Part shown: positions 41,540 through 52,897 of the stretch, in pieces | Layout: every line of letters begins with the position of its first letter | Position numbering within the stretch: position 1 is the stretch's first letter | Source: Lama glama | Lineage: Eukaryota | Reading direction: 5' to 3' | Length of the DNA stretch: 64,000 nt | Assembly: GCA_028534125.1 (NCBI GenBank) | Contig: CM052816.1 | Coordinates: forward strand, 66,404,001 to 66,468,000 | Program-made: the position numbers and the translations under genes | The notes under the pieces: generated by a model | Seen by the model: the letters and a program-made list of their open reading frames with translations, nothing else | Database searches by the model: none | What the model was told of the DNA's origin: nothing

Positions 41540-41775
41540 GGGCAGCATGGTGACAGAGAACAAGCCAACGTACTAAAATCTGATAGACCTGGCCCAGAAC
41601 CAGCCTCTCACCATGTATAATCCTGAACAAGTAATTTCATTTGTCCCATCTTCAGGTTTCTTGGATAAAATAGGAATAATAACAAATACGAAGTTGGGTT
41701 GCTGTGGGAATTAGCGATAAAGCACAGATCATGCCTGGCATAGGTTTGTGCTCAATAAACGCTAGCTACGGATAA
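41540..41775 (+). mobile_element. MIR SINE
   Basis: ggcagcatggtg...aaaataggaataataac...catgcctggcata...gtgctcaataaacgctagcta. Confidence 0.75.
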
Positions 41776-43929
41776 TATTTATACAACCTGGTATTTGCTT
41801 ATAGAAGTACATAGTTACCCATGAGTATTCATTTCTTTTTCCAACTATATCACAAGTCCAGTGAGCACCAAATCTTTGTATAGCACTGCTTCTGAATGGT
41901 TCACACTCCAGAAGGCCAGTTGGGACATGGTAGTGAAAAATCCATTTTCACACTCCTAGAATCATAGGTGCATTAGGAGTTCCCAACATCTCTGAGAGGA
42001 AGAAATAAGATTGTTTTGCTGGCAAAGAGGACAGTGGCCATCAGAGTGCCACTGTGACTCAGGAGAGGGCTGGATGAAGGGGTCCCGGGTGGCTGGCCCC
42101 TGAAGGGAATGTGGGTGTCCCCAGAATGGCAGAGTGAAAGCCCTGGAATGAGGCCCCGGGCTGGACTGGGGCACGAAAGGAGTTGGAGGTTTTGGGGAAA
42201 TGGTGGGTCATGGAAGATTGGAGACAAATTTGAACAGCTTTGTACGTCAGAGGCTTCTGGGGGAAGTTACAGAAACTGAGAAGCATGAGGAGGTATTAGA
42301 ATAGAAGCAGCTCAGAGACCTGAGCTGGGCTTTGTTTGGCTCAGAGAAGAGAAACTTTCATGCAGAAATAAGACCTGGACAGAAGCAGCTTGACTTCAGT
42401 GTCCAAGAAAAGTTCAGGAGTTAGCTCTGGCCTGGTACTAGCACTGAGTGTTTTGAGAAAATATTTTTCCAAGTATGAGAATAGAATTCTCAAAAAAAGG
42501 ATATTATTTGAACTATAGCTGTTTTATATTAAGGACAGATGATTGTGTACCTCTATAAAGCATTTCAAAAACCTACATTGAGAAACTGCCAGAGATTATA
42601 GGATTGAATTTATGCACGATGATTTACCTAAATGATCACAACAACCATCTTTAAACATCCCATAAAGCAGGGAGGGGCAGAAACCAGGAGCTGTCAGCCA
42701 GAGGAACGACAGTTCTTTGAAATTAGCAGAAAGACCATGGTCATTGAGTTAAGAGATGCGTAGTTACCAAGTTAATTTAATTTTCAATTTGTCAAAGCCC
42801 CTGAGAGTTAAGGGACCTTTCTTAAGCCTGAATACAAAAGTTATCCCGATATGACAATTGGGAGAAAATGAACAATAAACACAGCTCTTTCTAAAAACAG
42901 GGCTGTGTGTTTCTAAAGAGGTTCCCTCCCAACAAAAAAAGAGCAGTGAAGGGGAATGGCCTTACTTTTCCAAGTTCTTACCTTGAGCTGTCATTAGACT
43001 TGGAAGGCTGAAGAATCAGTAATAATCTATGGTAAGTTACCTAAGAGGATACCTATCTGTGTATATAACCTGCATCTTTAAATTTTACACCTAGGAGCTT
43101 GAAGATATTTAAAGGGCATCTGGTATATTTATATGGATATCTTGATGAAGTGCTCTTTTATTTAAAAAACAAAAAAGAAAGGTTAAATGCTTTACTCTGA
43201 GAGTTGTCTGTCTTTCAACTTTCCATAATTGAGGAGGCAGGCTTATCATCAGTCTTACAGATCAACCCTGGCGCCAGCACCACATGGCAGTAGGTATCAG
43301 AATCATCTCAGAAGGTAAAACCTCACCTCTTGGCAAATGCCTGTTTATAGCTTAAATCAACTTGAGTGGCAGAGGTACAAATGAACAGGAAAAGGGGGCC
43401 AAACCAACTGTAAAAACTTCTACCATTATACCCACTCACTATACGATGTACAAAAAAATGCTGATTACATAATTCTCTCCTGGGATAACCAATTTTTTGG
43501 TTACTTCATCTCTTATATCACCTTGAACCTGCTACCTACACACATTTTTCCCTCTGTTTTTCACTTGCTAGTCTCCTAAATTTACCCCAACCGTTTAAGG
43601 AATCTCTGATCTCCTGCAGAGGGTGGGGAGAGGCAGAAAGCTAGCCACATGGTCTCAAAACTTACTAAAGAGCCTTCTGCTTAGGGGAAAATCCTGTTTA
43701 AAATCAGTATTTTATTTCATTTGTTTCCTTTTATTTGACTGTGTGGATAAACATAACTTGCAGAACTGAAATCACAAAGTGAAGATTAAACAGACCCTTT
43801 TCAAATTTTATCTGGGGACTTATGAAGGGATGAAACCTAAGGTTTCTCTATATTTGGTGGTTTACCTTCTTTTTTAAAATGCCCGGGGAGGCTGCTTCCT
43901 GGGACTTAAAAAAAGGCTAGATTCACTTT

Positions 43930-44035
43930 GCCTATTTTGTGGATTAGAAATGTCAGAGAAGGACTCAGAGACATATTCCAGGTCACATCAACCATTGAAG
44001 AGCCAGACTTTCTGTTGAGTGTTCTTGCTACCACG
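43930..44035 (-). mobile_element. Degenerate MIR fragment
   Basis: cctattttgtggattagaaa...cagaga...ccaggtcaca...agagccag. Confidence 0.45.
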
Positions 44036-44283
44036 ACAAACAGACATTCGGATTTTCTTCCTTCTGACGACTCTTAGGGGCATCAAATGACAAGGCCTAA
44101 TTCAATCTCCATATCTCAAAGAGGCATCCCTCCACAGCCTTTGAAACAGAATGTTCTGTGTCAAAGAATCTGGAAACAGAGGCTTACGGATCCCATGGGG
44201 CAGAATAAGGAAGAAAATGTTACCCTTCACATTTACATGTTCAGTGGCCTAGACTGAAGAACAGTCAGTTCAAAGTCACTTAC

Positions 44284-44511
44284 CCAAATCTGAAGCTTGA
44301 TTCTCTTTTCATTTTTGAATACAGTTTTCACTTTGAAATCGATCCCAACGGTGCTAACGAATGCAGATGTAAAGGAGTCATCGGCGTAACGGAAGAGGAA
44401 AGATGTTTTCCCCACACTGCTATTGCCAATGATGAGCAGTTTGAACATGTAGTCAAAGTTCTGATCAGAGGAGTCCTTCTGGCCATACCTGGCATCCTGG
44501 GCGGAGGCCAT
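44284..44511 (-). CDS. RAB3C: RAB3C coding exon 2 ([36 protein letters not shown]...KLQIW), 228 nt, phase 0-0
   Basis: Rab3 sequence with P-loop GNSSVGKT, switch [11 protein letters not shown] and KLQIW. Residues [10 protein letters not shown] and VFKNEK fit RAB3C rather than RAB3A/B/D. Acceptor is cttttgtttttcaccacAG|ATG and donor is TGG|GTAAGT. Confidence 0.97.
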
Positions 44512-45014
44512 CTGTGGTGAAAAACAAAAGAGGTGTGGCTCAGTCTCCCATTTGATACGAAGCTAGCGGCATGCTCATTATTGGCCTTGCCAGAAACAGA
44601 TGTCAGACCGCTCAGGAGACACGTTGAGAGAGCTCCCCAGTCTTCCTCTGATGCTGGTATCCATGGCAATAATTCCCCACTGGAAGACAGAAGAGCAAAT
44701 CTTACAGCTCTTTCCAGCTGTGTTGGTGTTTGTCACTGCTCAGCATTCAGAACGAATCAAAGACACCAAGGGAGACAGAACATGAAAAGCAAAGATATTA
44801 AGGAGCTAGCCGCGGCGTGTGCACTCTGAAACTTTGTAATTCCAGTGATGGGAACATCAAAGTGGCTGAACAGCAGGGTGTTTCTCCCTGAATTATCTGA
44901 ATTATTAGAGTCTCTTATTTTCTGGGGAAGTGCACCCAAAGCATAGCTCTAGTCCATCTATTAACACCACATTAAATCAGCATTCTAACACATGTGACAA
45001 TCTTTCAAATTGAA

Positions 45015-45225
45015 AATAATGGTGATAACAAATACATATGGTTCAAACAAGGTGCCAGGAACTGTTAACTTAACCCTCACCACAACCCTATGAGGTGGGT
45101 ACCTTTATCATTTCCATATCAAAGGAGAAAATTGAGGCTCCCAGGTACTAAGAAATTTGCTCAATTTCACACACTTGGTTAGTAGCAGAGGCAGGATTCA
45201 AATCTGGCAGTGTCGTGCCAGGGCT
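45015..45225 (-). mobile_element. MIR SINE
   Basis: cacaaccctatgaggtgggt...aaattgaggctc...agcagaggcaggattcaaat. Confidence 0.8.
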
Positions 45226-45299
45226 CATTCCTTAGTGTACCCACCCCCTCAACCCATTTCCCAGTGAGGACCAGGGTGATAAATACAAGTGCTCTAAAG

Positions 45300-45550
45300 A
45301 CAGTGTGGGAAATACTCATTGTGAGATCCATCAATGCAGAACCCTACCTGGGTTCAAACCTCGACTCCACCACTTGCTGCCTGTATGACCTTGGGTTCAT
45401 TATTTTAAACTGGTGGACCTTGGTTTCCTCTCCTCCATAAAATGGAAAAAAATCATTATCTAACTCAGAACACTTGTGAAAATAATAGATGATATATCTG
45501 TACAGGATTATGTAAAGCACCTAGCATAGAATAGAGAATAATCCTTATTA
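45300..45550 (+). mobile_element. MIR SINE
   Basis: cctgggttcaaacctcgactccaccacttgctgcctgtatgaccttggg...gtaaagcacctagca. Confidence 0.8.
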
Positions 45551-45716
45551 TTAAATATGAATGCTCTAGGGGATTTTTTCTCATATTTTTGGTGATCATT
45601 TTAACATCTATCAAAAACACTGCTGCATTACTCTAAGTACCATTTGGCTCCATATTGAAAAGAGGCAGTTAGAATGATGACTCCCGCTGATTAGTGCATT
45701 TACTCTATCACTTCTT

Positions 45717-45810
45717 CTTTTTCTTTTTTATAACGGAGGCACTGGGGACTGAACCCAGGACCTCGTGCATGCTAAGCATGTGCTCTACCACTAGTTATTC
45801 CTACTCCTCC
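45717..45810 (-). mobile_element. Camelid tRNA-derived SINE (Vic-1-like)
   Basis: Reverse complement: ...agtggtagagcacatgcttagcatgcacgaggtcctgggttcagtccccagtgcctcc followed by an A tail. Confidence 0.88.
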
Positions 45811-45848
45811 CATCACCCTTTCTGATGCTATGAATTCTTCAACAATTG

Positions 45849-46048
45849 CTGTGCTGTCCAGTACAGTAGCCAACTAGTCACATATGCCTGTTTATATTTA
45901 AATTTAATAAAATTTGAAATTCAGTTCCTCAGTCAAACTAGCCACATTTCAAGTACACAACACCCACATGGGGCCAGTGGCTTCTGCACTGGACCACACT
46001 GGTTCAGGGCACTGTCATAAAAGCAGAAAGTTCTACTGCTCAGTGCTA
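45849..46048. mobile_element. MER3-like hAT-Charlie MITE
   Basis: gtgctgtccagtacagtagcca...aaattcagttcctcagtcaaactagccacatttcaagt...gcagaaagttctact. Confidence 0.85.
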
Positions 46049-46207
46049 GGCTAGACGGTCTGTTTTCACTTCCCATAAAATCTGATTAATTATTACATCT
46101 TTCTCTTGGGGATATGGCAAAGAGAAAAGCCCCAGAAGATAGTGGGATGCTAGAAACAGTCTACAGTATTCAGTCTCATCTAAGACAACACTGGTTGCTC
46201 AAGTCAG

Positions 46208-46210
<3 letters not shown>

Positions 46211-46262
<52 letters not shown>

Positions 46263-46278
46263 TGTGTGTGTGTGTGTG
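46211..46278. repeat. Compound microsatellite (TG)16(AG)10(TG)8
   Basis: Counted directly. Confidence 0.95.
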
Positions 46279-47789
46279 TAAGACAACTGAGGGAAAAGGA
46301 AAAACGGAGATGGTGCGATAACACATTCCCTTTCTACAAATGCTTACTGCCAGCAGAACACAATTATATGAACAAGAAGAAAGACAAAAAGAAAACTTGC
46401 ATATATTATGAAATTTAGAAGCAATACTAATTCTGATTGCATTTCATACTTGCTCAGTAAATATAAGCCTCAGCATTTCTCTTTTTAAGCCCACGTAACC
46501 ACATTGCTGTCTTCACTTAATACAACTCAGAATGATGGTTTGCCACTGGGCAAAACTCAGCCAATAAAACAGGCAGATACATCATTTTCCTTTCTGACCC
46601 AGGAGTCCACACATTAAGGTGAACTTCCCCCAACACAAGCAGCCCACCAAGGACAAAAAGAGGATGATGATTTTTGACTCTCAGTTTGAACAATGATGTC
46701 TTGCCCTATGACTCCTGACACCCCTTAGAGCCAGGTCACTGTTTTCGTTTGTTATTCCTGCAGACATAAGCCTATCACCAATGAACGCCTCCCCCTTATG
46801 GAGGTGCTAAGTTCAACCAGGCCTGCAAATGGCCTTTGTGAAGATGATCTTTTTACCATCTTTTGTATGAACCAGCCCAGATTGTAGGTTCTGGATTATG
46901 TATGTTCTGTTAAACCACAGTCAGAAAATAGACTATAAATTTCCTAGAGTTGCTCGTTTTCTCAGCCTGATGGCCTCCCATGACCCTGAGGTGGGATTCC
47001 AACTGAGGCCTGTGGATTTCTAGGCTGCCCTGAAAGAAAATGTGATAAAGACAGCTGCTATCAACCCTAAGTCTTATTTCAGAATTAGACTGATTCTGAA
47101 ACCTGCAGAAATATAGACATTGTCACTAAAATAGACTTTTTAAATGGTATTGCAGAGATTTAGGTAGAGGAAACCATACTGGGTTTTTGTCCAGCATGAG
47201 AAATAGAAGAGGTTCTATTTTAAGGATGGATTATACCAGCTGCATTGGCAGCAACAGTGGTGGAAGCCCAGAGGGTATGTAGGATGAGGGAGGATGAGGC
47301 AGGTGGCTGTATGTGGCCAGGTTCCCCAAAGGATTCATTAGAACAGTTTACTAACTTGCTGTCCTTAAAGATGGTGCATGTAGTTGTTTATGCTTTTATT
47401 TTTACTATTTCCTGATTTATATCTCCAATAAGATTCACAGAGAGCCCCAAAGATGTGCATTAAGAATGTGTACACATATCATTAAACTTTGGAATAATGA
47501 AATAAATCCTGTCTCACAGAATGGAGAAGCTGACTGCCCTAATCGCACTGCGATCAGAAGTGAAGCAATCTGACAGCATATGAATGTCAAAGGGTCATAG
47601 AGATAGTCGCAGTGTAAATTTAATAACAATTCTAAATTCTAAGTCATGTGACCATTTCCAAAATTTTCATGGGAAAATATAAAAACAGAAGCATGAAGGC
47701 ACTTCTCAGAGAACAAACTGGATTTTGTAAGATATATAAAAGATCTCTCTTTAAATTACATTAATCTTGAATTAATTAAAAAAGAAACA

Positions 47790-48610
47790 GAGGGTTGGAA
47801 AGACCCTTCAGTGTAGCCCAGCTTCCCACTTATCCCACGTGTCCCCTTGCCAGCACCTCAGAATCAGGGTGGTATTCTTGCCTGGCCCTTCACCTGAGTG
47901 AGACAGCTAGGCTGTGAAGCACCTAATTCATGGCTGAACAACTGCAGTTGTTATATTTCTTCCCTAGATCTGAGTTAAAATCTACCTCCCTGTGGCTTCT
48001 GCCATGGTGACGTAGATTCTGCCTCATGAACTGAGAGTCGATTCCTCTCCATCTGAAAGAACTTCCGGTGTCTGAAGGAACCAATCACAGCACCATAAGA
48101 TTTCTCTCCTCCTGCTTGGGTGATCTCAACTACTTTAACCCCTCTCTGCACACCAGACCCATCCAAAAACCCCTACACATCTTCTAGATTGAAACTGACA
48201 TCTCTCCAGATGCCCAAGTCCCATGTGTGGCTCCCACAATTGGTCACAATACTCCAGATTTTTATCTGGTCAACACAGAGTAAAATGAGACTCTTACCAC
48301 ACTCAGCACAACAAGAAAGTCTCCTCAAATGCTCAGCACGTTTTTCACATTTGCTGTTATAAACATAGGTCTCCCCTCTCCCGATCCTATGCTTGGGCAA
48401 TTTATTTTTTTAATGGAAGTGTCTGCCTTCATATGTACCTTACTACATTTCCTTTTGTTTGTTGTGATTTACAATTCCAGACTGTTCTGATCATTTTGTC
48501 CTTTCATCAAAAATAACAGTTATCCCTTCCAGATTTGTGTCACTCCTAAATTTGATCAGTATGCATTTTACATACTCATTTGAGATACTGATCAAAATGC
48601 TAAGCATTTG
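47790..48610 (-). mobile_element. L3/CR1 LINE remnant (RT C-terminus to 3' end)
   Basis: The minus strand near 48520-48570 translates LIKFRSDTNLEG, resembling the CR1 RT motif LIKFADDTKLGG. It also contains a CR1-like SKCEK segment and a 3' end ggttggaaagacctt. Confidence 0.75.
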
Positions 48611-50029
48611 TAGACAGGTAACAGAGAACTTTTTCCACTGCTGAATATATAAATCTATGTATGAAACCTCTACAATATGTCATTAAGGAATCTGACAAGT
48701 TTGAAGCAAATCCTTAACCCTGGGAGTTGGTGCCTTGTGAAGACATGATGTTGTCCCTCTAGGGGTGCCCTGGTTAGTAGGTGAACAGATCATAGATTTA
48801 ATTGATGTGTCATTTTTAATTTCAATTCTAGTTTCCCCAGAAGTCTTACTGACCAGGGGCCAAGTTGATTACCTTTGACTAACACATGCAGCCATAGCCT
48901 ACTTCAGAATTTTTGACATTAGTTTTTCAAAATAAATGGGAAAAGCAAATTATTTTCAGGAATTCCCTTGGGCACTTGAGAATCTGCCCTACACTGAGCC
49001 ATTCTGTGGATCTGATGAGAAAAACAAAGTCATTTTAAATGTATTATGTTCCATCTACTACTACTGATAACTATTGCCCGAGGGACAGTGGGAAGAAGAA
49101 CGAGGGTAAATTATCCAGAAAACAAAATGCAATTCTTTGAAATTGGAAGGGTAAAAGTAAGGATGGGGCATACATATGGGAAGTGTGGAAATACATAAAG
49201 TAGTTTCAAATCTCAATTGTTGATACCTAGGGGAAAAGAAAAGAAAATGGTAATAAGAATTATTCCTGAGAGCTCCAAAGTAAAGACAAAATTTTAATGA
49301 CAAGAAAGACAATATTAAAAGATAGGGATTCCAAACACCTGTCATCTGGCCCCCAGTGGTTTCTCCTGGTGAAGGTTTCATCTGTGCAGTTCACCTGACT
49401 CCCCTGTTTGTCTCTCAGAATGGACTGACATTGTGATGCTCTTTGTGGTCTCCAGCTAGCAATTACTCTGCATGTCTGCTACCATTTGTTCTGGAAAGAG
49501 CCAGCTGAGAAGCAATAAATACCACTTGTGTCACTGTGGACACATCACCATTGAGCTGAAAGGATGCTGTTCAGGGAAGTGGAAGCAGTCAGGGCACTAG
49601 AAAACTTAAACCTGGCTTCTGGAGGAAAGACCTGGGAAAGTAGGGCAGCATTTGGAAATCATCTTTGTCTCTCTCTCTCTTTTTTTTTTTTCATGTTAGC
49701 AGGGAATGAATTACTATTTCATGGGACTCGCCAGAGAATGTGTGTGATGGTATGCCAAATTATGGTAATACTTCCAAGATGCTAGTTGCTGTAGGTTTTA
49801 AGGTTTTCCTCCAGCTCAGTTTCACAGAACTCCTTGCAGTCTGCCTCTGGACCCCACCGCACGCACAGCTTCTTCAGTGCACGTGGATAATGCTCAGATG
49901 ATGCACAGGGAGACTGTAAAATAACTGCACCAACAGCTCTTGCCAGCGCTGTCCCCTGTGCTTTTACATACATCATCATGCTGCAACCTTTCCTTGTCCC
50001 CAGAAATCAGAATCTAACTATTAGCCCCA

Positions 50030-50550
50030 CCCCAGGTTAAAGGAACAGAATGCTGAGTGCATTTCCAAATGGCTGTCTCCCCCTCCCCACCCCTACCTTC
50101 CTATCTCCCATCCTCCTCCCCTGACCGGAAGCATGAGGGGATTCTTTTTCAACCTTCACTGCGAGAACTTGATCAGCTCCTGAAGGTAAAATTCATAAAA
50201 CTCTAAGACACCCCCCTCTAAAACTGGACCTCCTGGAGTTTTTAGCTCTTAGACTTGTCCACACTGAGCCTCCAGCAATTCATCAATTTCAGTCTAGATT
50301 TTCTTCATCAATTACATTTAGCTTTTCCTACCCTAGTACTGATCTCCCTGGAGCTTTCTATGCCAGTAAAGCGTGATTCTCTGTATCCACCTGCCTGTCT
50401 CTCCAATCTAGGGGGCAGTAGTCTTCCCCATGGCCTCGATTCTCTGATGAATCTAAAAGGAGTTATTAATTTTCAGTCTGCTCAGCTTTTTTTCTTGTGT
50501 GAGGATGGGAGTGACCACTTCCAAGCTCCCTCCATACTGGACAGGAAACA
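50030..50550 (-). mobile_element. Old L1 5' UTR fragment (L1MC/MD-like)
   Basis: gacttgtccacactgagcctccagcaattcatc...ttttcagtctgctcagcttt...cttccaagctcc...ggaaac. Confidence 0.65.
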
Positions 50551-51439
50551 CAAAGCCATTATCCCCATTTTAAGATGAAATTAAGAATATCTGAGAGGAA
50601 GCTAAAGTTAGAGGGGTCCTTAATTTTCAACAGTTTATCCTGACTTCCCTCAGTCTGGGTAGTGACTACACCCTCGTGACCTGGACCAAATGGATTCTTC
50701 AAGAATGACAGACACGAAGGCCCAGCTAATTCATTCTTGCCTTCACCAAACTAGCAAGTCTCAGCCTTCAATCACAGAGAATACTGGACGAGGAAAGGGT
50801 CCTTCTTCTCTCTGCTTCTAGGAAAAACTCCATTCCTTTGTTGAAGAGAGGCATGACCTAAATTTGATATATTTTAAAATTCATTATAATCATTTTTGCA
50901 TCTCCTTTGAAATCTACAGATGTTTGTTACCGTGTCAAGAAGAAGGAAATAAAGTTTATTAAATGATGTAAAAATGGTTTCTATTAGTATCAAAGACCAG
51001 TGTTCTCAGCCCACACTATAGTTCACTCCTGGTGTGGTTACAGAGGGTTCCCAGCAAGGGAGGGCCTGTACGGGGCTGTGGGGAAGGGGCCACCCAGACC
51101 ACAGAGAGACGAGTGTGAGCAAGGTCTGCCACGAAGCAGACCACAGAGCTCGCCAAACTCCAGGGATGTGATCCTGACAGCTGCAGTGAAGCAGAGCCTT
51201 GCTCAACAGCTCTGCACATCCTTGTGGATGCTGACACCAGAGGGTCGGGAGTGCCATCCTGGGGTGGTGGTGAGCACCGAGCTGCTGGTAATCCAGGTTT
51301 TACAACCACAGCGTGAAGAGAGGTAGGGAAACACCCTCCACTTCTTTTCTACCAGCTCTGAAATTATGTGCAGCAGACATATCTGTGCAAAAGAGCATTT
51401 CACATTCTTGGTGTGATGCGAATACAGGTAAAGAGCACA

Positions 51440-51625
51440 TGATCTGTGGCCAGGCAGGCTGAGAAGGAATCCTAAGTCTACCAGTTGTGTAAACTTGGGG
51501 AAGGTTTTTGTTTTGTTTTTAACTAGTCTAAGCCTCAACTTTCTCATCTAGAAAATAGGAACAATAGTGAGGTCATGAAAGTAAAATCACCGGCACGTGT
51601 TAAGCCCTTGAATAAAGCATCCCTC
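51440..51625 (+). mobile_element. MIR SINE
   Basis: ttgtgtaaacttgggga...ctaagcctcaactttctcatctagaaaatagga. Confidence 0.65.
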
Positions 51626-52291
51626 GGCACCTTTGCTATCCCTCTCGCCGCACTGCAGTGATGCACAAGCCACCCACTTTCCTCCCCACTCCCGCAGGTG
51701 CAACTCTCTGAAACGGAAATGGTTGATCTTACAGGACACACTCCCTCTCATTTCCTCACTTTAAAGGGCAAGGGGTTTTGATACCCAATACTTCCACTCT
51801 GCAGTTTCACAATTACCAAAATAAGCACTTTATATTTACTCTCTCATTTCAAAAATTATGATACAGAGCAAAGAGCATTCATCAAAACAACTCTCGGGAC
51901 AGAACCTGAGACCCTGAGAGACCGGTGTGCAGACAGAAGTCTTTTGTGATCCGGAGAGGCTGTGGGGAGGGGAATGTGGCCAACGGTCATATACCCTGTG
52001 ATGTGACCTGTCCTATGACACTGCCTGCCACCCAGTAACTTCTGGACAGTTACTAAACTCATGAAAGCTTTGGGTGTGACTGGACTTTCGTGCAAATTGG
52101 GAGAGGGCTAATAAGGGACAAAATCCAAGTAATAAATGGCTTTAAAAAAAAAAATCACAAGAAAGGGAGTTCCAGGAACTAACTCACAGTAACTATGGGG
52201 AAATTGTCCTCTTACGGGGCCTTGGAGTTGGTTTTAGGTGAAGTTTAACCTAATTTCTAATATGGAATTTGGTAAATCATCCAAGTCCACA

Positions 52292-52532
52292 GTATCATCA
52301 TAGACAACAATACCATATTATAAACTTCAAAGTCTCTAAGAGACTAGATCTTAACTGCTCCCACCATGTAAAAGAAATGATAATTATGTGAGGTGACAGA
52401 TGTTAGCTAACATAAAACAACGGTGGTGACCATATTATAATATAAAAATGTATCAAATCAAAATGCTGTACACTTTAGACTTACACAAAGTAATATGTCA
52501 ATTCTATCTTAATAGAAATAAAAAAAATTTTT
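52292..52532 (+). mobile_element. L1MA-type 3' end with A tail and 9-bp TSD
   Basis: ctaagagactagatcttaa...aaatgtatcaaatca...tgtacacttt...tatgtcaattctatcttaata. aagtccaca at 52283-52291 and 52533-52541. Confidence 0.85.
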
Positions 52533-52796
52533 AAGTCCACAATCAATCAATTGTATCTTGCATACATGATGGTTATTCCATCATTTGTCAAAACCTCTCT
52601 AAAATAATGGCCAAAGGTATTCACAAAAGTAAAATTCCATGCAGACAAAGAGAAGTAAGGTCAACAAAAGCTTGGGATTTGGAAGAGCAAGACTAGAGAG
52701 AAAGAAACCCTAGGCCTGCTAGTGAAGTTCCCCAAGAGCCACACCCTGCAGAGTCTGGAATGGCCTTAGGACTGGAGACAACATGTGCCTTGATTG

Positions 52797-52897
52797 TAGG
52801 GTGTGGCTCTCCTGATCTGCCGGGACTGAGGGGTTTTGTGGTACCCAGCAGAACTTTCAGTGTTAAGACCAGCAAGCTGCGATGGCTGGTCATACCA
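52797..52897. mobile_element. MER81-like hAT-Blackjack MITE
   Basis: tagggtg...tgccgggactgaggggttt...actttcagtgttaagacc...tggtcatacca. Confidence 0.7.

Larger units (their letters stand above)
1..44283 (-). other. RAB3C: RAB3C intron 2 (partial; exon 3 lies outside the window)
   Basis: Starts at the GTAAGT donor. I saw no DTAGQERYR-coding exon in the window. Confidence 0.85.

Noticed and set aside
44233..44283. C-terminal tail [16 protein letters not shown] of the 92-aa ORF
   Set aside because: Read-through past a consensus GTAAGT donor. Rab3 continues DTAGQ in the next exon, so this is intron.
44233..44511. Processed RAB3 pseudogene
   Set aside because: Homology ends exactly at canonical splice sites and exon 1 is found 19.4 kb upstream, so it is the intact gene.
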